64,000 nucleotides of DNA, taken from Thermodesulfobacteriota bacterium. Lineage in GTDB: Bacteria; Desulfobacterota; Desulfobacteria; Desulfobacterales; UBA11574. Location: assembly GCA_042573625.1 (NCBI GenBank), contig JBHPCZ010000002.1:9896-73895 (forward strand), written 5' to 3'. Positions 20,207 through 30,012 of this stretch are shown in pieces. The notes under the pieces were generated by a model. It made no database searches and was not told the DNA's origin. It saw only the letters and a list, made by a program, of their open reading frames with translations. Positions within the stretch are counted from its first letter, which is position 1, and the number at the start of each line of letters is the position of its first letter. The translations under genes were made by a program, and so were the position numbers.

Positions 20207-21562
20207 TCAAGTATTATTCGTCGTTGATTCGCTTTCAGGTTTCGCTTCTACTTCAGCTTCAATCTCTTCAACACTCCCATTTTCAATAATAAGCTTGATA
20301 GCCCGTTTTTCAAGTAGGGCATGTTTAAAAATTTCGAGCTTATCCTTATTTTCTCGGTAATAATTTTTTATTTCTTCAAGGGGATGATTATACGTTGCAG
20401 ACATCTCCTCGATGCCCTTATCCACCTCTTCGTCGGAAAGGGTCAAGTTCTCCTGTTCGATGATCCTGTCTAAAATCAGGTGGCGTCTGACCTGTTTTTC
20501 AGCGGTATCACGGTATTTTTCCGACATCTTTTCCTTGCTAAGCCCCAGATTTTCCATCGACATGTTATGCTGAGAAAAAGTTCTCTCCGCATCTGCAATA
20601 ATACCTTCAAGTTCATAGTCAACCATTGAATCCGGTAGTTCGAAGTCGGTTTTGGCAATCACTGCCTGAAAAATCTGTTCATTCAGCTCCTGCTCCGACC
20701 GTTTGGCATAACCTTTCTCCAAGTTGTCTGTTATTGCACGCTTCAACTCGTCGAGTGTTTTATACGGACCCAGCTGCGTTGCAAACTCATCGTTGATCTC
20801 AGGAAGCATCTCCTTTCTGATTTCATGCAGGGACACCTGAAATGTTATTTCGAGGTTTGCCAAACGGTTGTTAAAATAGTCTTCAGGAAAATGCACAACA
20901 ATTTTCCGGGTATCACCTGGCTTCATCCCGATCAATTTTTCGTCAAAATCCGCTGAAATATGGCCGTCACCAATTTTCAACGTAAAGTTTTCTGTTTTTT
21001 GAGTTTCGGCAAACGGTTTTCCGTCTATAAATCCTTCATAATCAATCAATACAAAATCGCCTTCCCGGACCGGGCGATCTTCGTCTATCCTGTTTTGCTT
21101 TGTCAGATTTCCCTGTAGCATTTTGAGTTGTGCATCTATCTCTTCATCACTCACCGAGTAAATATTCTTTTTCAATGCCAAGCCCTTAAATTCAACATCC
21201 CCGACCGCCGGTTTTATCTCAACGGTGGCGTCATACTTGTAAGGTCCCTTTTCATCGAGTTCAGGAGGATCGAGTTTGGGGTCTCCCACAATATTAAGAT
21301 CGGTCTCCTTGAGGGCATCAACAAAAGAATTCTGAATCAACCTTGATATTACATCCGCATGTACATCCTTTTTGTAAAATCTTTCCAAGACGTTTCGAGG
21401 AGCCTTCCCGGGTCGGAATCCCTTTATTTTCACCTTTTTCTTTAACGTTTGATAAGCGGTGTCCAGTTCCCGGACAATCTCATCTTCTGGAATTTCAATG
21501 TGGAGTATCTTTTTTACACTGCTCAAATCTTCTACATCAACTTTCATACTATTCCTTTCCAA
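20207..21562 (-). CDS. tig: trigger factor
   Basis: GFRPGKAP ribosome-binding motif and central FKBP domain. The start may be MKVDVE at 21547. Confidence 0.95.
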   Translation of the reverse strand: MERNSMKVDVEDLSSVKKILHIEIPEDEIVRELDTAYQTLKKKVKIKGFRPGKAPRNVLERFYKKDVHADVISRLIQNSFVDALKETDLNIVGDPKLDPPELDEKGPYKYDATVEIKPAVGDVEFKGLALKKNIYSVSDEEIDAQLKMLQGNLTKQNRIDEDRPVREGDFVLIDYEGFIDGKPFAETQKTENFTLKIGDGHISADFDEKLIGMKPGDTRKIVVHFPEDYFNNRLANLEITFQVSLHEIRKEMLPEINDEFATQLGPYKTLDELKRAITDNLEKGYAKRSEQELNEQIFQAVIAKTDFELPDSMVDYELEGIIADAERTFSQHNMSMENLGLSKEKMSEKYRDTAEKQVRRHLILDRIIEQENLTLSDEEVDKGIEEMSATYNHPLEEIKNYYRENKDKLEIFKHALLEKRAIKLIIENGSVEEIEAEVEAKPESESTTNNT

Positions 21563-21950
21563 TAAATCAAATGCCTGAAGTACCTCGAATTTCTCGTGAA
21601 GAATTTATTTTCGTTTGAATTAAACAAATCCAGAGCGACGCATCAGCCAAAATGTTATGAGTAATAAATTTGCAAAAGCAGGCTGCTGCTCATATTTTTA
21701 AAATAAATTTTTCACCTTGCGGCGAGCCCTGTAAATTTGAGCTCCATGACCCCTTCCAAGGGTTCCACAGGATGAGTCTATCTCGCCCTATTGCTCCGCC
21801 GGGGGGATATTTTTCCCGCCAAAGGGAAAAGGCCGCATATCTCGCGGGGCGAAACTTTACATCTGATCTCTTGCAGATGTGTTCCGCTTTAAGCGGGATG
21901 AGAAATCCGGTACAAATGGGATCTTCAAGCGCTGTTAATAGATTCGAATC

Positions 21951-22037
21951 TGGTGCGAGAGGGGAGAGTTGAACTCCCACTCTGTTCCCAGAGCTGGATC
22001 CTAAGTCCAGTGCGTCTACCAATTCCGCCACTCTCGC
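21951..22037 (-). tRNA. tRNA-Leu (TAG), long variable arm, CCA encoded
   Basis: Reverse complement GCGAGAGTGGCGGAATTGGTAGACGCACTGGACTTAGGATCCAG...GGGAGTTCAACTCTCCCCTCTCGCACCA. Classic tRNA-Leu-tig-clpPX-lon arrangement. Confidence 0.95.
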
Positions 22038-22178
22038 ATATTCTCAAAATAAACGATTTCTGTGTTATGTCAACACAGCATCCGTTATCTTGCCACTTGA
22101 CTTTATTCTTAAATACTATAATTTCCTGTATAAATCAATTTAAAAAGCTAAAATCAAACAAAACGACTTCAATTTAAA

Positions 22179-23054
22179 ATGATGAAACTGACTGTTATTT
22201 TTGTATTTTATAAAATGCAACAAATGAGGTATCCCGACCCGACAAGTTCCAGAAAACCGTATCTCCCCTGGCTGTTCATCAGTCGCAACCCGGCGGTCTG
22301 GATTTCCAAACGTAAGTTTATCACCTGTATGACTGTCTTTCTGCTGATATCGATGCTCGCCGGGATAAAGAACGGAGAAGCGGAAACACTTTTTTTTGCC
22401 AGCGAGCAAAAAAAAATGATCGTTATAGATCCGGGACATGGTGGGTATGATACGGGAGCTCAAGGTCCGGAGGGAACGTTAGAAAAAACCACAACCCTTT
22501 CCTTTGGCCGGATGTTAGCAGATGAGTTGGGTGGAAAATACAGATTACATCTTACGCGAGCCGATGACTACCGCTTAGAAATTCCCAAAAGAACAGCCGT
22601 GGCCAACCACTTAAAGGCAGATCTGTTCATCAGCATACACGCCGGAGGAAGTTTTCTCCACAAGGCAAGCGGCATCTCCATATTTTATTATAACGAAATA
22701 TCAGACCCCGCCATGGCAATTGAAACGGAATCAGCAGCACAAACTGAAGCCAGCGATACGAAGATATCCTGGAATCATATTCAAAACAGGCATAAAACAA
22801 CCAGCAGCGTGGCGGCCCAACTTATACGGCGTCGTTTATTAGACCCTGTAAGAAGTAATAAAATCAGAATCCATGGCGCTCCTCTAATGGTTCTAAAGGG
22901 CGCGGATATGCCTGCAATACTTATAGAAGTTGGATACCTGACCAATCCTGCCGAAGAGAAAAAGCTTCAGGATTCGAAAGTTTTATCAGATTTGGCAAAA
23001 TCGATCAGCAACGGCATCGACGATTTTTTCAAATCGACATTTCAGGGAAATTAG
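22179..23054 (+). CDS. N-acetylmuramoyl-L-alanine amidase (Amidase_3)
   Basis: VIDPGHGGYDTGA, DLFISIHAG and EVGYLTNP motifs. The true start is probably internal (M at 22224 or 22329). Confidence 0.85.
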   Translation: MMKLTVIFVFYKMQQMRYPDPTSSRKPYLPWLFISRNPAVWISKRKFITCMTVFLLISMLAGIKNGEAETLFFASEQKKMIVIDPGHGGYDTGAQGPEGTLEKTTTLSFGRMLADELGGKYRLHLTRADDYRLEIPKRTAVANHLKADLFISIHAGGSFLHKASGISIFYYNEISDPAMAIETESAAQTEASDTKISWNHIQNRHKTTSSVAAQLIRRRLLDPVRSNKIRIHGAPLMVLKGADMPAILIEVGYLTNPAEEKKLQDSKVLSDLAKSISNGIDDFFKSTFQGN

Positions 23055-23090
23055 GGTTCCGAATTTCTCATCACAAGTTAAATCTATCGT

Positions 23091-24302
23091 CTACAAACCG
23101 ATCATTGAATATTCAGGCATTTGATGGAGTTTTCGAATTCTGTCGCTTAATGTATCTGGAAGGTATCGGCCCCAAATCTTGATTGGAATTTCCTTAATAT
23201 CAATTGTTGGACTCAAACCGACCGCGATTAAATATTCAATAATATATTCAATATTTATCGGGATATTGCCAAAAACCCTATTCTGCCTTCTTTGCTCAAA
23301 AATTCTGTTCTCATGCATGGATCTGCCGATTTCCGACTCGACTAGTTCTTCAAATGACGTAAAAATCAGATCAACGTGGATCGCATCCGCGCCGGTTACA
23401 ACAAATTTTGAAAAATCTTCATGTAATCCTTCAGCGGGCAACCCTTTTTTTTCACAGTCTATATAGATGCTGCTATTTGTAAATTTTCGGACCAGATGAT
23501 CGAAATCGACTTTCAATTCCACCACATAGTGAACCGCATTATACATGCCGGTGTGTCTCTCTTTTTCAATTATTCTTGATCCGATAGATCGGGTGAGTGC
23601 AGATTCAAGTCTATTTTCGCCAAAATCATTATCAATCACCTTTATACCCAATACATCCTTTATCGTCATCCTTTGAGCCGGAAGCTTCACCCCATTATCC
23701 TTCATATTTTCCATGATCCTCTTCTCGGCCGTGATAAGAATCTCATCCGGTATCTGCTTTGCAACAGGCGGGGTTTGGGTTCCGTCTTTGGACAATTCAT
23801 GCGCTATCGTCTGTACCTTGTCGAAGATATACATCGACGCATATCGGCTCGCCTTCTCCGCGATTCTCTTTATCCGCTTAAATCTGCATATGCTCAATAT
23901 CTGGGAATGCGAATTATGACAGATATAGGCCGCCAGAGGAGATCCGACATAATAGAATTCAGACATCTTGACATATTCGCGGATCAATGATTTCACCCGG
24001 TCAGATTTTTGATTTTTGGTATGACACAGGAAATCCTTCAAATCTTTCTTGTAGGATATTTTTTTTCTGAGGACAGGCGCATCCGTAAGGTTTTGCAACA
24101 GGTCGTCTGTAAACAGAAGCAATGTCTCCCACGCTGAAAAACTGTCATAGGTAATGATTTTTGTGATTTGCAGGGGGTCTTCAGGCTCAAGCTTATTCGA
24201 GAGCCAGCGGTTGGTGATGTCAAAAAGTTCATCCCTGTGTAAAAACGCGGTTAAATACATTGGATTATCAGGCCTGTAGATCGTAATCCTGTGGATACTC
24301 AC
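23091..24302 (-). CDS. hypothetical protein with divergent RelA/SpoT-like nucleotidyltransferase motifs
   Basis: By-eye motif order: FKRIKRIAEKASRY (cf. RxKxxxSxxxK), IKDVLGIKVI (cf. DIAGIRII), GMYNAVHYVVEL (cf. GYRSLHLIV), IHVDLIFTSFEELVESEIGRSMHENRIF (cf. VEIQIRT..W.E.EH..YK). AT-rich, monocistronic. Confidence 0.35.
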   Translation of the reverse strand: MSIHRITIYRPDNPMYLTAFLHRDELFDITNRWLSNKLEPEDPLQITKIITYDSFSAWETLLLFTDDLLQNLTDAPVLRKKISYKKDLKDFLCHTKNQKSDRVKSLIREYVKMSEFYYVGSPLAAYICHNSHSQILSICRFKRIKRIAEKASRYASMYIFDKVQTIAHELSKDGTQTPPVAKQIPDEILITAEKRIMENMKDNGVKLPAQRMTIKDVLGIKVIDNDFGENRLESALTRSIGSRIIEKERHTGMYNAVHYVVELKVDFDHLVRKFTNSSIYIDCEKKGLPAEGLHEDFSKFVVTGADAIHVDLIFTSFEELVESEIGRSMHENRIFEQRRQNRVFGNIPINIEYIIEYLIAVGLSPTIDIKEIPIKIWGRYLPDTLSDRIRKLHQMPEYSMIGL

Positions 24303-24530
24303 ACGTCAAGAAAAGACAGAATCCGAACTGGCATATAGCGGTTTTCATAATTTTCCTATTGATTCGATTTTGTTCATGTTTTATTAATCTTCGGCTGAAA
24401 CGGAACGTTATTTTGACAACCGCTATAAACGAGATGATCCTGGTACGGCGACTATTCAAATCCGAAATTCGAATATCGAAACAACCCTGAATTGTGCAAA
24501 TTTCGCGAACCGGAGATTTTAAACCTGCTT

Positions 24531-25445
24531 CTAGTCACCGTCGAGCAGGCTGCCCAGCCCTCCCAGAAGCGACCCTTCTCCTTTCGGGCTTACACTTCTT
24601 GAAGGAACGTTCTGCAGGATGCGATCCGCCAAACGAGAAAATGGAAGGCTCTGCAGAAGTACAGTTCCTTTTCCGCTCAAGGTGGCAAGGAATATCCCTT
24701 CTCCACCGAAGAACATCGATTTGAGGTTGCCTGCGCGCTCGATATCGTATTCGATGCCCGAAGTAAATGCCGCCAGGCAACCCGTATCCACCCGGATGGT
24801 TTCATTGTTCAGCTTTTTACTGATTACGGTGCCGCCGGCATGTATAAAGGCCATCCCATCGCCACTCAAACGCTGAAGTATAAATCCTTCCCCACCGAAA
24901 AAGCCGGCACCCAGTCGTTTTGTAAAGGCAATTCCCACCTCGGTGCCGTAGGCGGCACATAAAAATGCGTCTTTCTGACAGAAGAGCTCTCCTCTGGTTT
25001 TTGCCATGTCTATCGGAATGATCTTGCCCGGATATGGCGCGGCAAATGCCACATTGGCTTTCTTGAACCCTGTGTTCGTGAAATGCGTTAAAAAGATGGA
25101 CTCACCGGTCAAAACCCTTTTGCCCACATTCAACAGCTTGCCGAAAATCCCTTCTTCCGGCTTGGACCCGTCTCCCATTTTTGCTTCGAAAGTCACACCT
25201 TCGCTCATGTAATTCATGGCTCCGGCCTCGGCAATCACCGTTTCTCCGGGGTCGAGCTCGACCTCTACGATTTGAATATCATCACCGAATAGCTTGTAGT
25301 CAACTTCATGGCACTGCATGGATTCGACCCTTTTTCTTCTTTCCTGAACCGCCTGATATTTTGAGAAGACAATCCCGCAATTTGAGCATCCATTGGCCGA
25401 AGCATCGCTGACATGGCTGCATTTGGGACATTTTGTTCCGCTCAT
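24531..25445 (-). CDS. TIGR00266/AIM24 (DUF124) family protein with N-terminal zinc ribbon
   Basis: CPKC...CSNCG ribbon, then the characteristic AIM24 repeats ([45 protein letters not shown]). Start at MSGTKCP (25445) with an AAAGGAGGG RBS. Confidence 0.8.
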   Translation of the reverse strand: MSGTKCPKCSHVSDASANGCSNCGIVFSKYQAVQERRKRVESMQCHEVDYKLFGDDIQIVEVELDPGETVIAEAGAMNYMSEGVTFEAKMGDGSKPEEGIFGKLLNVGKRVLTGESIFLTHFTNTGFKKANVAFAAPYPGKIIPIDMAKTRGELFCQKDAFLCAAYGTEVGIAFTKRLGAGFFGGEGFILQRLSGDGMAFIHAGGTVISKKLNNETIRVDTGCLAAFTSGIEYDIERAGNLKSMFFGGEGIFLATLSGKGTVLLQSLPFSRLADRILQNVPSRSVSPKGEGSLLGGLGSLLDGD

Positions 25446-25594
25446 GTTTATCCCTCCTTTGAAATTCAGTCCAGAATGATATTTATGCGCTTTTAATCTT
25501 ACAAATATCCAAATTTCGATGTGCAATTCTACACCCTCAACCAATCAGGCGAGATCATGTAATTTGGACATCACCACTTAAAAAAGGGTCGCTT

Positions 25595-27526
25595 TTAAGA
25601 GTTACGTTTATTTAAAATTTCCCTCATTCTCTTTGACAGGCTATTTAAATCAAACGGTTTTTGGATAAATCCGTTGCAGCCCCGTGCCAAAATTTCCGTT
25701 GCCTGGCCATTGACGCTGTATCCGCTGGAAAGAAGTACCTTCAAGTCAGGATTGATCTTTTTAAGATTGTCAAAGGTATCTCCACCGCCCATATCCGGCA
25801 TAACCATGTCCAGTATGACAAGATCTATCTCATCTCGATTTTCCGTGTACACGTCTATAGCTTCTTTCCCGCCTCTGGCCAGTAATACCTGGTAGCCCAA
25901 TGTTTCTAAAATCTGTTGGCCGATTTCAATAATTAAATCCTCATCATCCACAAGAAGAACTGTTTCTGTACCTTTTAGCACTTCTTCATGGTGATTTTCT
26001 TCTTTAACAACCGCCTTCTCTGATGCCGGGAGAACAATTGAGAATGTCGCCCCTTCATCTACTTCACTGTATACTTCTATGAAGCCGCCGTGATTTTTAA
26101 CGATCCCGTAGGCAGATGCAAGTCCCAATCCTGTACCCCTTCCCATTTCCTTGGTGGTAAAGAAGGGATCGAATATTCGTTGCTGTGTTGCCCCATCTAT
26201 GCCCACGCCGGTGTCGATGACGGAGATCTTCACGTATTTACCCGGCTCGACTTGATACTGCCTGGCGTAACTCTCTTCAATTACAACGTTTTCCGTTTGG
26301 ATAAAGATATCTCCACCCCCGGGCATCGACTGCCAGGCGTTTACGAAGAAATTCAACAATACCTGCTCTATCTGGCTCTGATCAACCTCCGCGGTCCAGA
26401 GGTTCTCATCATACCTTTCACGAATGACGATCTCTTTTTTTGTGCGGGCGAACATACGAGAACATTTTTTACTCAACTCGTTAAGGTCCGCCGGTTTAAC
26501 CTCGTATCTGCCGCCTCTTGCAAAGCCTAAGAGCTGTTTGTTGAGATCTGCCGCACTTTTGACATGTTCTTCTATGCCTTTTAGATGTTCAAAATAGGGA
26601 TGGGAGGTATTGGTATCCATCAACATTAAGGATACCCGCCCCTGTATCCCCATAAGCAGATTATTGAAATCATGGGCAATGCCGCCCGCCAATGTTCCGA
26701 TGGCTTCCATCCGGTGGGCCTGCCTGAGTTGGGATTCCATGCGCTTCCGCTCGCTCACGTCATTAAGAATAACAATCGATGAAAAACCATTTTCATCAAG
26801 CGGCAGAACATCGAGCGTCAGTTGATATTCATTCAGATTAACGGGAGCGTCATCGGTTATTGACCTTGATTCTCCGGCATTTAGTTTCAAAAGATCAGAA
26901 ACTCGCTGATGGGTGTCTCCGGAAAACATTTCTGAAAAATGGGACCCCAACAATTCGTTTTCAGGAATATCGATCAATGACAGGGCAAACGGATTGACAT
27001 AAACAACTCTTCCTTCTGAATTGATTTCTAAAATCCCTTCAGTCATTCTATCCAAGATAATTTCGAAATGTCTCTTTGCCGAAAGCAACTCAACCGTGAT
27101 ACCCCGCGGGTGAATACTTTCTACTCCGAAAACCTTTTCCGACAAGATTTGCGAAGAATCCAGGACGGGTTGATCCAGAACACTTAGAATATGCCGGGTC
27201 ATTCCGTCAAACGGTCCTTTAGCGATACATGCGTTTACTCCCAATGGTTTAATATCTATCTCTTTTTCTGCAGCGACAGCAGAAAGAATTACCAGATAAA
27301 CATCTTTCAAGCGCTCTATGCTCCTGACCGTCCTGCACAGCGCCTTTCCGTCAACATTAGGCATGATGAGATCAACAAATATGATATCCGGTGTATAGGT
27401 TTTCAGAATATCCAGCGCGCCAAGTCCATCTCTAGACGTTAAGACCTGATGGCCCTCCTTTTCAAGCAGTCTTGTCACGATTCCCAGGGTAATTCTGTCG
27501 TTGTCCACTACTAAAATTTTCTTCAT
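25595..27526 (-). CDS. hybrid sensor histidine kinase (REC-PAS-HisKA-HATPase-REC)
   Basis: N-terminal receiver (KILVVDND...DLIMP), PAS, H-box IAHDFNNLL, N/G boxes, and C-terminal receiver (VLLVDDE...DMVMPDMGG). Start at MKKILVV (27526). Confidence 0.9.
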   Translation of the reverse strand: MKKILVVDNDRITLGIVTRLLEKEGHQVLTSRDGLGALDILKTYTPDIIFVDLIMPNVDGKALCRTVRSIERLKDVYLVILSAVAAEKEIDIKPLGVNACIAKGPFDGMTRHILSVLDQPVLDSSQILSEKVFGVESIHPRGITVELLSAKRHFEIILDRMTEGILEINSEGRVVYVNPFALSLIDIPENELLGSHFSEMFSGDTHQRVSDLLKLNAGESRSITDDAPVNLNEYQLTLDVLPLDENGFSSIVILNDVSERKRMESQLRQAHRMEAIGTLAGGIAHDFNNLLMGIQGRVSLMLMDTNTSHPYFEHLKGIEEHVKSAADLNKQLLGFARGGRYEVKPADLNELSKKCSRMFARTKKEIVIRERYDENLWTAEVDQSQIEQVLLNFFVNAWQSMPGGGDIFIQTENVVIEESYARQYQVEPGKYVKISVIDTGVGIDGATQQRIFDPFFTTKEMGRGTGLGLASAYGIVKNHGGFIEVYSEVDEGATFSIVLPASEKAVVKEENHHEEVLKGTETVLLVDDEDLIIEIGQQILETLGYQVLLARGGKEAIDVYTENRDEIDLVILDMVMPDMGGGDTFDNLKKINPDLKVLLSSGYSVNGQATEILARGCNGFIQKPFDLNSLSKRMREILNKRNS

Positions 27527-28122
27527 GTTGTCGTTCCTTTGTGTGTAGGCTGAGTCACGGGATCGTCCGTCTTTATCCTGCTCCAATCCATCTGCCGGGT
27601 CAGATCCATCCATTTGTCTGCCCGGGTAATACTCCATCTGTGAAAAGCTTTGAGGCGAAACAGCCCCGCCCCGATGCGTCGGAATGCGCAATTAGAGCCG
27701 ACTGGCAAACCCTACAGCGTCGGAACCATCGGGCATTAGCGAAAGTTTTGAAGCTGCTTCTACTAAGAAATCCCCTTTTAATCAAGGAAATATAGAACCG
27801 CTGACCTTTTCTTAGGACAAATCATTTTAATAAGGAATTTTGGGGAGATGCTTTGTTTTCTGGTAGGAACATGTTTTTTGTGGGCCAACCTAACCCGTTT
27901 GAAGTGCGAGTACCGGGGGCCAATTTTCGCCGGAATCGATGGATACGGCTACCGGCGTTGCTGAACGCAAACGGTATTTATGTGTAACCCAAAATGCACA
28001 TGAATTCAATTAATACAATTTATAACAGGATAAATGTATTGCGTATTTACTGTTTCGCCAGCAATTGTATAGCATCACTGCCATTGAACTGTTGTTGATT
28101 CAGGAAACCTCAGGAATACGTT

Positions 28123-29727
28123 TTAAAAGTCCTTAAAATCGTCATCATCCAACGGTATAACTTGATCAGGACTCACTTGCCTTGCCTTGTAAACTGCAAC
28201 CCCTTTACCTTCTTTCGTAATCGCCGAAAACCGATCTTGTTGAACCGGCGTTCTGGTTAACCGGGTGACTCTTTTTTTAGCTTCAGACTTTATTATTTCA
28301 GTCTCACCGACAAGGTTTACCAAACCCTCCACGACAGATTTCATGTGTCCTGCCTGCGCGTTCAATTCTTCAGAGGCAGATGCCGACTGTTCGGCATTGG
28401 CTGCATTCTGCTGGACCACCCTGTCCATTTCAGCGACCGCTTTATTAACTTGCTCAATTCCCCGGGTCTGTTCCTCGCTGGCCACACTGATCTCGCTGAA
28501 CAGCTCGGATACCTTTTTGGCGTCATCACCCATCTGATAAAATTCACCCAAGGTGTTGGCGATCAGTTCGGTTCCTTCCTGGATATTCTTCAACGTCGAA
28601 CCGATAAGAATCTCTGTATCCTTCGCCGCCGCTGCCGCCCGCATGGCAAGGTTGCGAACCTCATCCGCCACCACGGCAAATCCGGCGCCAGCCTCTCCCG
28701 CCCTGGCCGACTCCACCGCGGCATTCAACGCCAGCAGATTGGTCTGAAAGGCAATCTCGTCAATACTTTTGATGATCTTTGCAGTTTTCTCTCCATCATC
28801 AGAAATCCTCCCCATGCACTCACTGGTGCTCTTCAGGGACTTATGGCTCTTTGACATGCTTTGTCTGGAAATATCCACCAACCTCGCTGCTTCTTTGGTA
28901 TTGTTCGCGTTCTGCCGGGTCATGGCTGAAATCTCTTCCAGCGAAGATGAGGATTCTTCCAATGAAGCCGCCTGCTCAGATGACCCTTCAGCCAATGTCT
29001 GGCTGGCAGACGCAATCTGACCCGAGGCTGAGGCAATGTGGTCAGCCGTCTCACCTAAAACATATGACGACGCTTTGATAGGCCGAATGACGAATCTGGA
29101 TATCAATACAATAATAAAAATAAGGGAAACCAAAGTTCCGAAAATGCAGATAATTATGTTTTTATTCCGAGACTTTCCCAAAGACGTATACATTCTCTCT
29201 ACATTCTGCCTCACCATCAAGCCTCCGAGAACGGAACGACTGGAATCATGACACTCAAAACAGCGTTGATTGTTTAAAATGGGCCGTAAAACGGTCAGAT
29301 ACGGCTTTTTTCCGATAACCTCTTTGTAGCCCATTTGACGGAATTTCCCATCTATTATCAACTGGTTAAGCGCATTTTTCAAGTCAGCGGATTTAACCAG
29401 GTTGTCCAAATTCTTCCCGGCCTTACTTCTCTCAGAGGCAAAGGTTACACCCTTATCAAAATCAAAGATAAAGACCTCCACCTTCTCCATATTTTGCTTA
29501 AAATCTGCCATTTGTTTCCGGATGGTATCTGAATCGCCGACAGACATGGGCTGGAGCATACCGTTGTAAACTGAACCTGACAGGGTATTTGTTGAATGAA
29601 GAGCCTCGGTCTTCAGTTGATTACGTTGATCTAAAACATTCATATAAGCCATGCAGCCAAAAACCAAAAAAAAGAAAACCGCAAGGCTACCGATTACAAA
29701 CCGCATTCCTTTGGTTTTATCATCCAT
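28123..29727 (-). CDS. methyl-accepting chemotaxis protein with periplasmic CXXCH (heme c) sensor domain
   Basis: Two TM helices flank a periplasmic domain of about 160 aa that contains CFECH (codons 156-160, nt 29248-29262). The C-terminal MCP signalling hairpin includes [24 protein letters not shown]. Confidence 0.88.
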   Translation of the reverse strand: MDDKTKGMRFVIGSLAVFFFLVFGCMAYMNVLDQRNQLKTEALHSTNTLSGSVYNGMLQPMSVGDSDTIRKQMADFKQNMEKVEVFIFDFDKGVTFASERSKAGKNLDNLVKSADLKNALNQLIIDGKFRQMGYKEVIGKKPYLTVLRPILNNQRCFECHDSSRSVLGGLMVRQNVERMYTSLGKSRNKNIIICIFGTLVSLIFIIVLISRFVIRPIKASSYVLGETADHIASASGQIASASQTLAEGSSEQAASLEESSSSLEEISAMTRQNANNTKEAARLVDISRQSMSKSHKSLKSTSECMGRISDDGEKTAKIIKSIDEIAFQTNLLALNAAVESARAGEAGAGFAVVADEVRNLAMRAAAAAKDTEILIGSTLKNIQEGTELIANTLGEFYQMGDDAKKVSELFSEISVASEEQTRGIEQVNKAVAEMDRVVQQNAANAEQSASASEELNAQAGHMKSVVEGLVNLVGETEIIKSEAKKRVTRLTRTPVQQDRFSAITKEGKGVAVYKARQVSPDQVIPLDDDDFKDF

Positions 29728-30012
29728 CAGCGGGGCCCCCTTAGATTCGTCGTTTTATAATAAAATCCTTCCCATCGTCCTGAGTGTTGACTTTCGTTTT
29801 CGCTCCCGGCATATCTTTATCATATCATCTTTCAAAATATTCATTTAGTATTTGAATTATATATGAAAAACCCTAAAACAGCAAGTCTGACAAGAAAAAT
29901 AGCGATTTCACTCTTTTATTCCGAACAAAACAGATCAACATATCCCCAAAATAACTCACGCCCAATGAAAGGACCGCCTGTTTTGTCGCATTCCGCATCT
30001 CTGTTTCGCTGT

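Noticed and set aside
21690-22031. 113-aa ORF starting inside tRNA-Leu
   Set aside because: It overlaps the tRNA on the same strand, has a GTG start within the acceptor/D-arm, and resembles no protein.
23055-23090. Possible toxin-antitoxin or two-gene system involving the RelA/SpoT-like ORF and the amidase
   Set aside because: The genes are convergent, so they are not co-transcribed. No small partner ORF with an RBS lies adjacent to 23091-24302.
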